A stretch of 64,000 nt of DNA from Thermoplasmatota archaeon (GCA_965234725.1 CBDDUX010000063.1:1-64000); one strand, 5' to 3'. Counted from the stretch's first letter, positions 1 through 9,455 are shown. The notes: generated from the letters alone by a model not told the origin. Translations and numbers: made by a program.

Positions 1-7
1 CAACCGA

Positions 8-54
8 TTTTCATCCTTATGTGTGGCCCGTAGGGTCATGAGTGCTTCTTTTTT
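8..54 (+). repeat. 3' end of a dispersed structured element (hairpin + T-tract), homologous to 27287-27330
   Basis: TTTTCATCC-TTATG-TGTGGCCC-GTA-GGGTCATG-AG-TGC-TTCTTTTTT versus TTTTCATCC-TATGT-TGTGAGCC-TTT-GGCTCATG-AG-GG-TTTTTTT. Confidence 0.65.
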
Positions 55-62
55 AATCGATA

Positions 63-998
63 TCAAGTCGTAGAAGAGTGATTTGCCGCATCCTGCATTC
101 CGGAGATGTCGAGGATCAAGGGTGCGCCATCCATGGGAACAACAACGAATTGAACATTGGATTCCGGATCCCTCAGGGCTGCAATGTATCTGAGTGAGAG
201 GATATAGTTCATCATCTCCTGGGTCATATTCTCGGATTCCCCTGCCAGGATACCAATAGATTCAGCCTGACCTAATGCAAGGATTATTGTAGCATTGGCT
301 TCGGCTTGAGCCTTCACTTCTTCCTTCTGAGCTCTGGCCCTCTCAGCCTGAAGCTCATATGTGGCGGTCTCGATATCGATCTTGGCGGAGGCTCTCTTCT
401 CGGATGCATCCAGTATCTGGGCCGGAAGATCAACATTCCTGATGTTCACGGATTCGATCACTATGAAATAAACGTCACACTTGTCCGTAACCCTCTGTTC
501 TACCATTGCCTCGAACGTGGTCCTCTTTGTATTGATCTCGTTTCCGGTCAGGTTCATATCAGCTGCGGATTTCCTTCCCTCCGATCTCAGTATGTTCTGG
601 ATAACAGTGGTCTTGTAATCCGGATTCTCCGTTCGGATGTTACCTACCTTATCCTCGGACAGATGATAGGTCACCTGGAAATCCACTGGAACATTGAACT
701 CATCCCTTGTCAGAATCGAAATGGTCTCCTCCATGGATTGAGTGTTCCACCGGATATATTCCACCTGGACGAAGGGATTTATCAATCTGAAGTCTTCATC
801 GTATTGTGAGCCTATTTCTCCTAGTCCGCTTACCACAACGGCTTTATGTCAGGCTGGAACATTTATTGCCGCCATATTCACTATGATCAACAAGAACAGG
901 AGCACTACAACCCCCACAACACCAAGGACAAAGAATTTGGATCTCTTCTTAGTGAGATTGTCGATATCCACGAAATCACCTATCTTCTTTTCACCCAT
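63..998 (-). pseudogene. SPFH/prohibitin/band-7 family membrane protein interrupted by an in-frame TGA (849-851)
   Basis: Manual translation from ATG 998 gives MGEKKIGDF...FFVLGVVGVVVLLFLLIIVNMAAINVPA*HKAVVVSGLGEIG, continuing into the 257-aa ORF (SPFH core IESVNIRNVDLP, then a coiled-coil A/E/K tail). The stop sits at the usual Gly of VPAGH. Confidence 0.75.
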
Positions 999-1072
999 GT
1001 TGAAACCTCTATCGCATAAAAGCGGATATCCTTTATCTTTTCAGTGCCGAAAATGGGATGAGACTGTTGATC

Positions 1073-1405
1073 TTAGAACAGGTCTTTCGCACTTTCAGTA
1101 GGTGAATAGATAATCCAGTTCTTTTCCTGCCTGCCAACTATCAAACCTGCATCCCTGAGTCTTGAAAGATGGTAAGAGAGCTTGGAATCTTGTACAGAAA
1201 TGATCTCTTTGATGCAACAAACACACAAAGGTTGGACCATGAGGACCTTCAGTACCTTCAACCTGATGGGATCCGAAAGGGCTTTGTAAGCATTCGCGGT
1301 CCTCTCCAGGTCCTCATCACCCGGTATCATCTCCGATATACCCTCCAGTCCCCCAACTTTCATGACCTCTTCCTTTATCGGATCGGGTATCTCCATTCTG
1401 ACCAC
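1073..1405 (-). CDS. arsR: ArsR/SmtB family metalloregulator
   Basis: YKALSDPIRLKVL, LCVCCI (alpha3 Cys motif), SKLSYHLSRLRDAGLI; divergent from a permease. Confidence 0.85.
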   Translation of the reverse strand: MVRMEIPDPIKEEVMKVGGLEGISEMIPGDEDLERTANAYKALSDPIRLKVLKVLMVQPLCVCCIKEIISVQDSKLSYHLSRLRDAGLIVGRQEKNWIIYSPTESAKDLF

Positions 1406-1480
1406 CTATTTCAACAAATTTCAAAATAGAAATGATTATATACCTTTGAAGCATAGTCTATTTCAAAGTTGTTTGAAACG
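1406..1480. promoter_or_regulatory. Two probable ArsR operator inverted repeats in the divergent promoter
   Basis: CTATTTcaacaaatttcaAAATAG (1406-1429) and TTTCAAA-gttg-TTTGAAA (1461-1478); both sites begin CTATTTCAA. Confidence 0.55.
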
Positions 1481-1499
1481 CTTAAGGAGTATATGCGAC

Positions 1500-2576
1500 A
1501 TGATAGATATCATTTTGGAAGCACTCCTCTCTGGCCTGGGGGCTCTGGTCGATTATGTGACGAACCATACCGTGACCTGTCTGGTCCCTGCCCTCTTCAT
1601 TGCAGGAGCTATCGCTGCTTTCGTGAAGAAGGAGGCCATACTGAAATATCTTGGACCAGGTGTGAAAAGGTATATCTCCTATCCAATAGCAGCCACTTCA
1701 GGTGTGATCCTTGCAGTCTGCTCCTGCACCATACTTCCACTCTTTGCGGGAATTTACAAGAAAGGTTCAGGTATCGGACCGGCAACGGCATTTCTATACA
1801 GCGGTCCTGCTATCAATGTTCTTGCAATTTTCTACACTGGGAGTGTACTGGGATACGACCTCGGAGCCGCAAGGGCGGTAGGAGCGATCATCATGTCGAT
1901 GGTGATAGGGGTCTACATGTCCATCTTCTTCAGGGAACATGACAGAGATCTCATAAGGGATGCAAGGAAGAATCCGTTACCTCAAATGGACACTGATGGA
2001 CCTAAAAGAGCGAGATGGGTCGTACCCGCACTCTTTGCCCTCCTGATGGGGATCCTTATCATCGCTGCATCATCAATTGCCTGGATATTCAAAGGACCTG
2101 TCGTCCTCATACTCCTTGCCCTACTCGGCCTCCTTATCTGGAAGAAATTGGAAAGGGATGACCTGAGGGATTGGTGGGATGAGACCTGGGACCTTTCAAA
2201 GAAGATAGTCCCCATTCTGGTCATAGGGGCTTTCCTGGTTGGAATTATAGCATACATACTTCCTCCCGAGACCTTCACACCCCTGGTCGGAGGAGAATCG
2301 ATACTTTCCGATCTGATAGCATCCGTGATCGGAGCTCTACTCTACATGCCCACCCTCCTTGAGGTTCCCATCATAGGAACCACCTTTGGTTACCTTGATG
2401 GGAAGATGGGAGCGGGTCCTGCACTTTCTCTTCTCCTTGCCGGTCCCGCTGTCAGCCTTCCTAACATGATAGTATTGTACAAGATCATGGGATTGAAGAA
2501 GACACTAGCATACATTATAATGGTGATAATCTTTTCAACAATGGCCGGTCATATCTACGGTAATCTGATCGTTTGA
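1500..2576 (+). CDS. ArsP/DUF318 family permease
   Basis: Multi-TM; CLVPALFIAGAI, AVCSCTILPLFAGIYKKG, LLAGPAVSLP motifs; start taken at MIDIIL. Confidence 0.85.
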   Translation: MIDIILEALLSGLGALVDYVTNHTVTCLVPALFIAGAIAAFVKKEAILKYLGPGVKRYISYPIAATSGVILAVCSCTILPLFAGIYKKGSGIGPATAFLYSGPAINVLAIFYTGSVLGYDLGAARAVGAIIMSMVIGVYMSIFFREHDRDLIRDARKNPLPQMDTDGPKRARWVVPALFALLMGILIIAASSIAWIFKGPVVLILLALLGLLIWKKLERDDLRDWWDETWDLSKKIVPILVIGAFLVGIIAYILPPETFTPLVGGESILSDLIASVIGALLYMPTLLEVPIIGTTFGYLDGKMGAGPALSLLLAGPAVSLPNMIVLYKIMGLKKTLAYIIMVIIFSTMAGHIYGNLIV

Positions 2577-2591
2577 GGATGGTGAAATTAA

Positions 2592-2822
2592 ATGAAGATA
2601 GAGATACTGGGATCAGGATGTGCAAAGTGTAAGAAACTTGCTAAGAACACTGAAAAGGCTGTGAAGGAGACAGGGAAGGATGCGAAGATCATCAAGGTTG
2701 AGGACATGATTGAGATAATGGAAAGGGGTATCATGCTCACACCTGCACTTGCAGTGGATGGCAAGGTGGTCTCCACAGGCAAGGTCCTTTCCCCGAAGGA
2801 AATTGGCGATCTGTTAAGGTGA
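2592..2822 (+). CDS. Small thioredoxin-like redox protein (MTH895/Thioredoxin_3 type)
   Basis: IEILGSGCAKC...TPALAVDGKV; GGTGA RBS. Confidence 0.9.
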   Translation: MKIEILGSGCAKCKKLAKNTEKAVKETGKDAKIIKVEDMIEIMERGIMLTPALAVDGKVVSTGKVLSPKEIGDLLR

Positions 2823-3304
2823 CCAGATTAAATATCAACCATTACTTTACCTGGCCCTTGACCGAGATAGGCCTCCTGACCGTGGAAAAAGTAACGACCG
2901 ATGCTCAGCTGGTAGAAGTACACCGGATAAGGAAACTGGTGTTCATAATCGAACAGAACGTACCTTGGGATAGGGAATATGATGAGTTCGAAGGATCATC
3001 CCAGCATTTCCTGGCAATGATGGATGGTCGACCTGTCGGATGCGGAAGGATAAGACCTTACGGGAAGGATATGAAACTGGAAAGATTGGCAGTTATCAAA
3101 GAATACAGGAAAAAGGGGATCGGAAAGGTGATCATGAAGGTACTCGAAGAGGAAGCTATGAAGCATTCTCCTCGGGAATTGGTCCTCCATTCGCAGGTAT
3201 CGGCCATGGGTTTTTACAGATCATGCGGTTATACCGAAAGGGGAGTTACATTTCTCGATGCGGGGATTGACCACATGGAAATGATTAAGGAGGGCATCCA
3301 ATGA
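2819..3304 (+). CDS. GNAT family N-acetyltransferase (YjcF/ElaA-like)
   Basis: IRKLVFIIEQNVP, RLAVIKEYRKKGIG, FYRSCGY, FLDAGIDH; true start may be GTG 2882. Confidence 0.85.
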   Translation: MTRLNINHYFTWPLTEIGLLTVEKVTTDAQLVEVHRIRKLVFIIEQNVPWDREYDEFEGSSQHFLAMMDGRPVGCGRIRPYGKDMKLERLAVIKEYRKKGIGKVIMKVLEEEAMKHSPRELVLHSQVSAMGFYRSCGYTERGVTFLDAGIDHMEMIKEGIQ

Positions 3305-5094
3305 CAAGAAAGGGAAGCATCAGGGAAAGGAGTGAGATCGAGATCCCCATGAAATGGGACCTGGAGGGCATGTACGGGAATGAGGCCGAATGGGAGAGAG
3401 ACCTGAGATGGATCGAGGAAAGAACAAAGACCATTGTGGATCTGAAAGGCACTCTGAACAAACCATCGACCATTGCCGACATGATAAGGAGAACCGATGA
3501 TATATCCAGAAAGCTGGAGAAGGTATATACATATTCACACCTCAGACACGATGAGGACCTCAAGAACAGGAGATACCAGGAACTCCATGACAGGGCTGTC
3601 AATATTATGGTTAAACTCGAGACCGAGACCTCTTTCATCATACCGGAGATCCTGGAGCTTCCTATTGAGAAGCTCTCAGCCCTTCCGGAGGAAGAGGTCC
3701 TCAAGTTCGCTGAAGTACCATTGAGGGAGATGATAAGGCGGAAGGAACATTTCCTTTCCAAAGAAGAGGAGAAGCTCCTTGCAATGGTAGATGATGCTTT
3801 GGAAACCCCATCCAAGGCCTTCAAGATGCTGAATGACGCTGACCTGACCTTCCCGGTCATCCAGGACGAGGAGGGGAATGAGGTGGAGCTTTCCCATGGG
3901 AGATATATCTCCTTCATGACCTCCGACGACAGGGGTGTGAGGGAAAGGGCATTCAAAGCATTATATTCCGTATACAAGGCCCACAGGAACACCTTCACTG
4001 TCCTTCTCGAGGGTGAGATAAAGAAAAGGATGTTCAGGTCCAGGGCAAGGAAATATCCGTCCCAGCTTGCCGCATCACTTGATAGCGACGAGGTAACGGT
4101 CGAGGTCTATGGATCCCTGATAGAAGCGGTAAAAAGACATCTTCCGTCCATGTATGACTACCTTGATATCAGAAAAAGGGTCCTTGGAATAGACCAGGTC
4201 CATTTCTACGATGTATATGCCCCTCTTGTGAAGGATTTCGACAAGAGGATCCCTTATGAAGAAGCATGGGAGATCGTTACGGAAGCATTGGAACCCCTGG
4301 GAAGTGATGTCACATCGATACTTGGAAAGGCTAGGAATTCCAGATGGATCGATGTATATGAGAACAGGGGCAAACGCTCCGGAGCATATTCATCAGGATG
4401 CTATGATTCCTACCCTTACATACTCCTGAATTACGATGAGAAGGTGAATGATGTTTTCACCCTTGCACACGAACTGGGCCATTCCATACATACATACCTT
4501 TCGAACAAGAACCAACCTCATCTCACAGCGGATTACAGGATCCTTGTGGCCGAGGTTGCATCGACAGTGAACGAGAACCTGCTTCTTCACCATCTTTCAA
4601 AGATATGGACCACGAGAGAGGAGAGAGCATATCTGGTCAATCATCATCTGGACAGTTTCAAGGGAACCGTTTTCAGACAGACCATGTTCGCAGAGTTCGA
4701 AAAGGAAGTATCCGAAATAATCGAGAGAGGGGTACCACTGACGGCAGACGGTCTTTCCGAGGTCTACGGAAGGCTGAACGATGAACATTTCGGGCCCGGG
4801 ACCTTCCATGATCAGGAGATTAACCTGGAATGGTCAAGGATCCCTCATTTCTACTACAATTTCTATGTTTACAAATATGCCACCGGATTCTCGGCAGCCA
4901 CAGCGATCTCGAACGGTCTGATCAATGGAAGCCTGGACCTTGATGATTACCTGGGCATGCTTAAAAAGGGTGGTTCGAGTCCTCCACTGGACCTCCTCCG
5001 GGGGGTCGGAGTAGACCTATCATCTCCGGAACCTATTGATAAAGGTCTGACACTGTTCGATTCTCTTGTAAACGAACTTGACGGGCTTCTATGA
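3301..5094 (+). CDS. pepF: Oligoendopeptidase F (M3B)
   Basis: GKRSGAYS, AHELGHSIH zinc motif, AEVAST, WSRIPHFYYNFYVYKYATG. Confidence 0.95.
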   Translation: MTRKGSIRERSEIEIPMKWDLEGMYGNEAEWERDLRWIEERTKTIVDLKGTLNKPSTIADMIRRTDDISRKLEKVYTYSHLRHDEDLKNRRYQELHDRAVNIMVKLETETSFIIPEILELPIEKLSALPEEEVLKFAEVPLREMIRRKEHFLSKEEEKLLAMVDDALETPSKAFKMLNDADLTFPVIQDEEGNEVELSHGRYISFMTSDDRGVRERAFKALYSVYKAHRNTFTVLLEGEIKKRMFRSRARKYPSQLAASLDSDEVTVEVYGSLIEAVKRHLPSMYDYLDIRKRVLGIDQVHFYDVYAPLVKDFDKRIPYEEAWEIVTEALEPLGSDVTSILGKARNSRWIDVYENRGKRSGAYSSGCYDSYPYILLNYDEKVNDVFTLAHELGHSIHTYLSNKNQPHLTADYRILVAEVASTVNENLLLHHLSKIWTTREERAYLVNHHLDSFKGTVFRQTMFAEFEKEVSEIIERGVPLTADGLSEVYGRLNDEHFGPGTFHDQEINLEWSRIPHFYYNFYVYKYATGFSAATAISNGLINGSLDLDDYLGMLKKGGSSPPLDLLRGVGVDLSSPEPIDKGLTLFDSLVNELDGLL

Positions 5095-5095
5095 A

Positions 5096-6391
5096 TCATT
5101 GTGGTTTGTAACGTCCCCATTTCTCAAGGGACCTTCCAAGCTCCTTTGAGCTCTTGGCCCTCTCCTCAAGCGTGATGCCATCCATCCAAGCTTCGACAGC
5201 ATGCATGGCCGCAACCGCACCTGAGCGTGTACCATCCGGATGACCGTGGATACCACCACTCACAAGAAGGACCAGGTCCGTTCCGTAGATATCCATAACA
5301 TCCGGAACAAGTCCCGGATGAAGTCCTCCCGAGGATACAGGGAAAGCGCTCTTGATACTGCCCCATTCTTGTTCCATCAGGACCCCTTTCTTCCCCTTCG
5401 TAACCTTCTCACGGAGTACGTCGGCAATGGATGTGACCTCATCCTTCGATCCCACAAGCTTTCCAACCGCAGTTCCTGAATGGATCTGGTTAACACCAAT
5501 TAGCCTCATCGTCTTGGCGATGAACTGCATGGATATGCCATGTAATGGATTCCTGTCAAAAGCCGCATGCATTGCCCTGTGAGCATGAATGCATAATCCC
5601 AGGTCCCTGGTATGTTCGATGATCGATTGAACACCCGCATGTCCGACTATCACCACATCCACCATGGCATATCTGAAACCGTTCTCATGAAGAAGTTCAG
5701 CCCTTCTCTTCATCTCCTCTACATCAGCAGTGATGTTCACAAAGGCATCCTTGATCTCTCCCGTCCTTTTCTCGGCCCTATCCCTATATTTTGAAAGCAG
5801 TTCCACCCTTTTATCAAACCTGTTGAATTTGAGGGAGGTCAGGTTCTCATCATCCTTGACGAAATCGAAACCACCCATCCAGGTTTCATACCCAACCTTC
5901 GCATGTTCCAGAGCAGAGAATCCTATCTTGGGTTTTGGAACGGCTCCGGTCAAAGGTCTCTTTTCTACCTTCATCATTCTCCTGATACCTTTTATGGATC
6001 TGTTGGGTCCTTTGAATGATGAAATATATTTCCTTGGAAAGGTGACATCTATCAACCTCAGATTCTCCACACCTTTCATTCCGAATATATTGCCAGCGAT
6101 CCCGGAAAGCAGTTGACAAATGTTCCCTTTCTCCCACAGGTCCAATGGATATGACACTTTAAGGAGGTCCCCATCCATATCATAAGCGGTGGCTTGAAGC
6201 CCCTTCATCCGATCTGGTAATTGAGAAAGGGTGGTCCACGTACCGGTGGAACTTTCGGAAGCGATCCGACCGGCACTCTCCTTTCTGGACATGCCTGAAG
6301 GGGGATCGAACCGGAAAAGGACCAAAAGCTCATCATTTCCCGGCGTGTAATTTAGGTCTACGAATTGATCATACCAATCTATCTTGGCCAT
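5096..6391 (-). CDS. rbcL: RuBisCO large subunit, form III-like
   Basis: ESSTGTW, PKPKIG, GGFDFVKDDENL (carbamylation motif), HAHRAMH, HSGTAVGKL, SSGGLHP, GGIHGHP; start at MAKIDW. Confidence 0.93.
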   Translation of the reverse strand: MAKIDWYDQFVDLNYTPGNDELLVLFRFDPPSGMSRKESAGRIASESSTGTWTTLSQLPDRMKGLQATAYDMDGDLLKVSYPLDLWEKGNICQLLSGIAGNIFGMKGVENLRLIDVTFPRKYISSFKGPNRSIKGIRRMMKVEKRPLTGAVPKPKIGFSALEHAKVGYETWMGGFDFVKDDENLTSLKFNRFDKRVELLSKYRDRAEKRTGEIKDAFVNITADVEEMKRRAELLHENGFRYAMVDVVIVGHAGVQSIIEHTRDLGLCIHAHRAMHAAFDRNPLHGISMQFIAKTMRLIGVNQIHSGTAVGKLVGSKDEVTSIADVLREKVTKGKKGVLMEQEWGSIKSAFPVSSGGLHPGLVPDVMDIYGTDLVLLVSGGIHGHPDGTRSGAVAAMHAVEAWMDGITLEERAKSSKELGRSLEKWGRYKPQ

Positions 6392-6425
6392 GGTCCGTTT
6401 TATCCTTCTAATGATATTAAGGTTT

Positions 6426-6812
6426 CTACACATAACCTGTCATGTCATAGCTCATAGGTGTTGAACCCTTGTAGCATTTCTCCTTCCACTGGGCGAAGTC
6501 CACTATTGTGTTCATAAGTACCGTTTTATTCACAGCTCCAACGATCTCTCCTATGGGTTTCTTGTGGCAGAAGAACTTGAATGTAGGTACCGAACGAACA
6601 CCATAGACCATTGAAACCTCCTGATAGAGTTGAGCATTTATCCTGCAGAATTCGGCCTTCGATCCGACATTTTTGGCAAGTTCCCTGTAGATTGGTTCCA
6701 TTGCCTGGCAGTTGGGGCATGAATTCGTATAGAACTCAACGATCACCATTTGATCGCATTTGTTGATCACCTCATCGAACTGTTCTTTGTCAAGTTCTCT
6801 CACATCATTCAT
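6426..6812 (-). CDS. Thioredoxin family protein
   Basis: VEFYTNSCPNC, YGVRSVPTF. Confidence 0.85.
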   Translation of the reverse strand: MNDVRELDKEQFDEVINKCDQMVIVEFYTNSCPNCQAMEPIYRELAKNVGSKAEFCRINAQLYQEVSMVYGVRSVPTFKFFCHKKPIGEIVGAVNKTVLMNTIVDFAQWKEKCYKGSTPMSYDMTGYV

Positions 6813-6897
6813 TCAATACCCCCTGAACTATATGCTAATACTATTTTGAGCATACTTCAATTTAACTGGTGATCTGGTTATTGTTCGGGCAAAACAC

Positions 6898-7169
6898 TTA
6901 TAATGGAACAGTATTGGAAGCCCTGACACATAGGAAAAACTAAAGATTGGACGGTCAGGATGGTAGAGACCCGGTTGATGGGACCGAAGCAGTCCCACTG
7001 ATGGAATAAGAGGGCCCTTTGGCAGATCAGGATCCTTTTTTTTGCGATACCGTCTCGATACTGACCAGACCGAACAGGGAAGGTATGAGGCAAATGGTTG
7101 GAAATATCAAAGAATGTTCGACATATTCCATACCTTCCGAACCCTGTGTGGAACCAAACAGGTGATAAT
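6898..7169 (+). promoter_or_regulatory. pnp promoter (TTATAA 6898-6903), long structured 5' leader and GGTGA RBS
   Basis: Helices GGTCAG 6953-58/CTGACC 7061-66; GAGAC/GTCTC; TGGGAC/GTCCCA; GGAAGGTATG 7078-87/CATACCTTCC 7129-38. Confidence 0.55.
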
Positions 7170-9431
7170 ATGAACAAGGTCGAAAGATTCGAGACCGAAT
7201 ATGCAGGTAAAAAAGTGATAGTCGAACATGGAAAGATGGCAAACCAGGCGAGTGCCTCTGTTACAGTCCAGATGGGAGAGACGATGGTCCTCGCAACTGC
7301 TACCATGTCAAAGAAAGCAAGGGAAGGAATGGATTTCTTCCCGCTTATGGTGGATTACGAGGAAAGGTATTCCGCTGTGGGAAAGATCAAAGGTCCAAGG
7401 TTCATGAAGAGGGAGGGAAGGCCCTCCAACGAAGCTGTCCTTACTGGAAGGATGATCGACAGAGGACTGAGGCCTCTTTTCCCCGAGGGTCTGAGGAACG
7501 ATGTGCAGATAATCATCATGCCACTCAGCCTGGACAATGAGAACAAACCCGATGTGGTAGGGATCATCGCGGCAACCATAGCCCTTGAGATATCCGACAT
7601 CCCATTTGACGGACCTATAACTGGTTGCAGGGTGGGGATGGTGAACGGAGAGTACATTCTGAATCCTTCGGCAGAAGAGATAGAATTCTCCGAACTGAAC
7701 CTGGTGGCAATGGGAGATTCAAAGAGGATCACAATGGTGGACTGCGATGCCAGAGAGCTTCCGGACACCATGGTACTTGATGCATTCGACATTGCCATGA
7801 AGACAATGGGACCGATGATCAAGTTCATGGAGACCCTCAGAAAGAAGATCGGCAAGGAGAAGAAGAAGAGGGAAGACCTCCACTGGAACGCTGAGATCTC
7901 CTCCGAGGACCAGAAGGTCCTGGATAAGATCAAGAAAGCAGCGATACCTGAACTTGAGAAGTATCTTTTCAACAAACCCGTTGGTTCAAAAGGAGAGCGT
8001 AAGATAGTGATCCATGAGCTTGAAGAAAAGCTGATCACCGATCTTTTGAAAAAATACAAAAGGAAGGACATGACCCCACAGGAGACGGAATCTTACGTCA
8101 AGCGCCTCATGTCGAAGTTCTTCTTCGAGTTCATAGAAGACCAGGTGACAGAAGCAATTCTGGAGAAGGACCAGAGGGTGGATGGAAGGAAACTGGACCA
8201 GATCAGACCGCTTTCAGCAGAAGTTGGAATAATCCCTAGAAGTCATGGGACCGGTCTTTTCAGCAGAGGAGAGACACAGGTTCTCTCTTTCTGCACACTG
8301 GGTTCTCCGGGAGACGATCTCCTGGTGGAGACCATGGAGAACGATAGCAAGAAGAAGTACTTCCATCACTACAATTTCCTCCCCTTTTCAGTGGGAGAGG
8401 TGAAACCCATCAGAGGAGCTGGAAGGAGAGAAATTGGACACGGTGCTCTTGCAGAAAAGGCACTGATACCTGTCCTACCCAGCCATTCGGAATTCCCATA
8501 CACGATCAGGGTCGTTTCCGAGGTGATGGGATCCAACGGTTCATCCTCAATGGGTTCTACTTGCGGTTCCACCCTTGCGTTGATGGATGCGGGAGTTCCC
8601 ATCAGGAGACCAGTTGCCGGAATGGCAATGGGACTTGCTTCCAACGGAAAGAAATGGAAGGTCCTGACGGACCTCCAGGACCTGGAGGACGGAAAGGGAG
8701 GAATGGATTTCAAGTTCACTTCCACAGAAGAAGGGATCACCGGCATTCAGATGGATACCAAAACACCTGGTCTCACCATTGACATCATCAAGGCCACTTT
8801 CCCACAGATGAGGAAGGCGATTTCAGAGGTCCTCGAAGTGATGAAAAAGGCTATCTCCGCACCAAGGGAGGAGCTCTCAGAGTATGCACCCAGGATCATC
8901 TCTCTTACAATCGATCCGGAAAAGATCGGAGATGTCATTGGACCTGGAGGCAAGATGATCAGGTCCATGTGCGAGGATTTCGAGGTCCAGATAGATGTGG
9001 AGAATGACGGTACCATAATGATCACATCTGATAGTTCCAGCAATGCGAAACTTGCGGAGAAGAAGATCAGGTCCATCGTCAGAACGCTTGAAGTGGGTGA
9101 TATCTTCGAGGATGCAGAGGTTGTAAAGATCATGCCATTCGGAGCTTTCGTCAAATTGACAGAGAAGGTCGATGGACTTCTTCATGTCTCGGAGATCGAA
9201 TGGGGTCATGTAGACAAAGTCACCGACAGGGTCCAGCCAGGAGACAGGATCAGGGTCAAGGTCATCGCTATCGACAGGGGTAAGGTCGAGGTCTCGATGA
9301 AAGCTCTCCTTCCCAGGCCAGAGGGTGCCAAGGATTCCGTCCGAAGGCCTCCAAGGAGAGGACCTCCAAGGGGAAAACCCCAATCCCACAGAGGGAACTC
9401 CAGCAGACCGCCAAGGTCAAACCGAAATTGA
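7170..9431 (+). CDS. pnp: Polyribonucleotide nucleotidyltransferase (bacterial-type PNPase)
   Basis: DFFPLMVDYEE, KREGRPS, DRGLRPLFP, HGTGLFSRGETQ, RREIGHGALAE, SNGSSSM, DMDFK-like GMDFK, KH (IGPGGKMIR), S1 (FGAFV...DGLLHVSEI). Confidence 0.97.
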   Translation: MNKVERFETEYAGKKVIVEHGKMANQASASVTVQMGETMVLATATMSKKAREGMDFFPLMVDYEERYSAVGKIKGPRFMKREGRPSNEAVLTGRMIDRGLRPLFPEGLRNDVQIIIMPLSLDNENKPDVVGIIAATIALEISDIPFDGPITGCRVGMVNGEYILNPSAEEIEFSELNLVAMGDSKRITMVDCDARELPDTMVLDAFDIAMKTMGPMIKFMETLRKKIGKEKKKREDLHWNAEISSEDQKVLDKIKKAAIPELEKYLFNKPVGSKGERKIVIHELEEKLITDLLKKYKRKDMTPQETESYVKRLMSKFFFEFIEDQVTEAILEKDQRVDGRKLDQIRPLSAEVGIIPRSHGTGLFSRGETQVLSFCTLGSPGDDLLVETMENDSKKKYFHHYNFLPFSVGEVKPIRGAGRREIGHGALAEKALIPVLPSHSEFPYTIRVVSEVMGSNGSSSMGSTCGSTLALMDAGVPIRRPVAGMAMGLASNGKKWKVLTDLQDLEDGKGGMDFKFTSTEEGITGIQMDTKTPGLTIDIIKATFPQMRKAISEVLEVMKKAISAPREELSEYAPRIISLTIDPEKIGDVIGPGGKMIRSMCEDFEVQIDVENDGTIMITSDSSSNAKLAEKKIRSIVRTLEVGDIFEDAEVVKIMPFGAFVKLTEKVDGLLHVSEIEWGHVDKVTDRVQPGDRIRVKVIAIDRGKVEVSMKALLPRPEGAKDSVRRPPRRGPPRGKPQSHRGNSSRPPRSNRN

Positions 9432-9455
9432 TCTCTCGGAAAGGATAGGATCTAG

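Noticed and set aside
849..851. TGA reassignment to Gly or selenocysteine
   Set aside because: TGA terminates many clear genes here (e.g. pepF, pnp, heR), and the position is a Gly rather than a Cys site.
5096..6391. RuBisCO-like protein (form IV) or evidence of a Calvin cycle
   Set aside because: Catalytic residues match true RuBisCO, but no small subunit or PRK is in the window, so autotrophy is unsupported.
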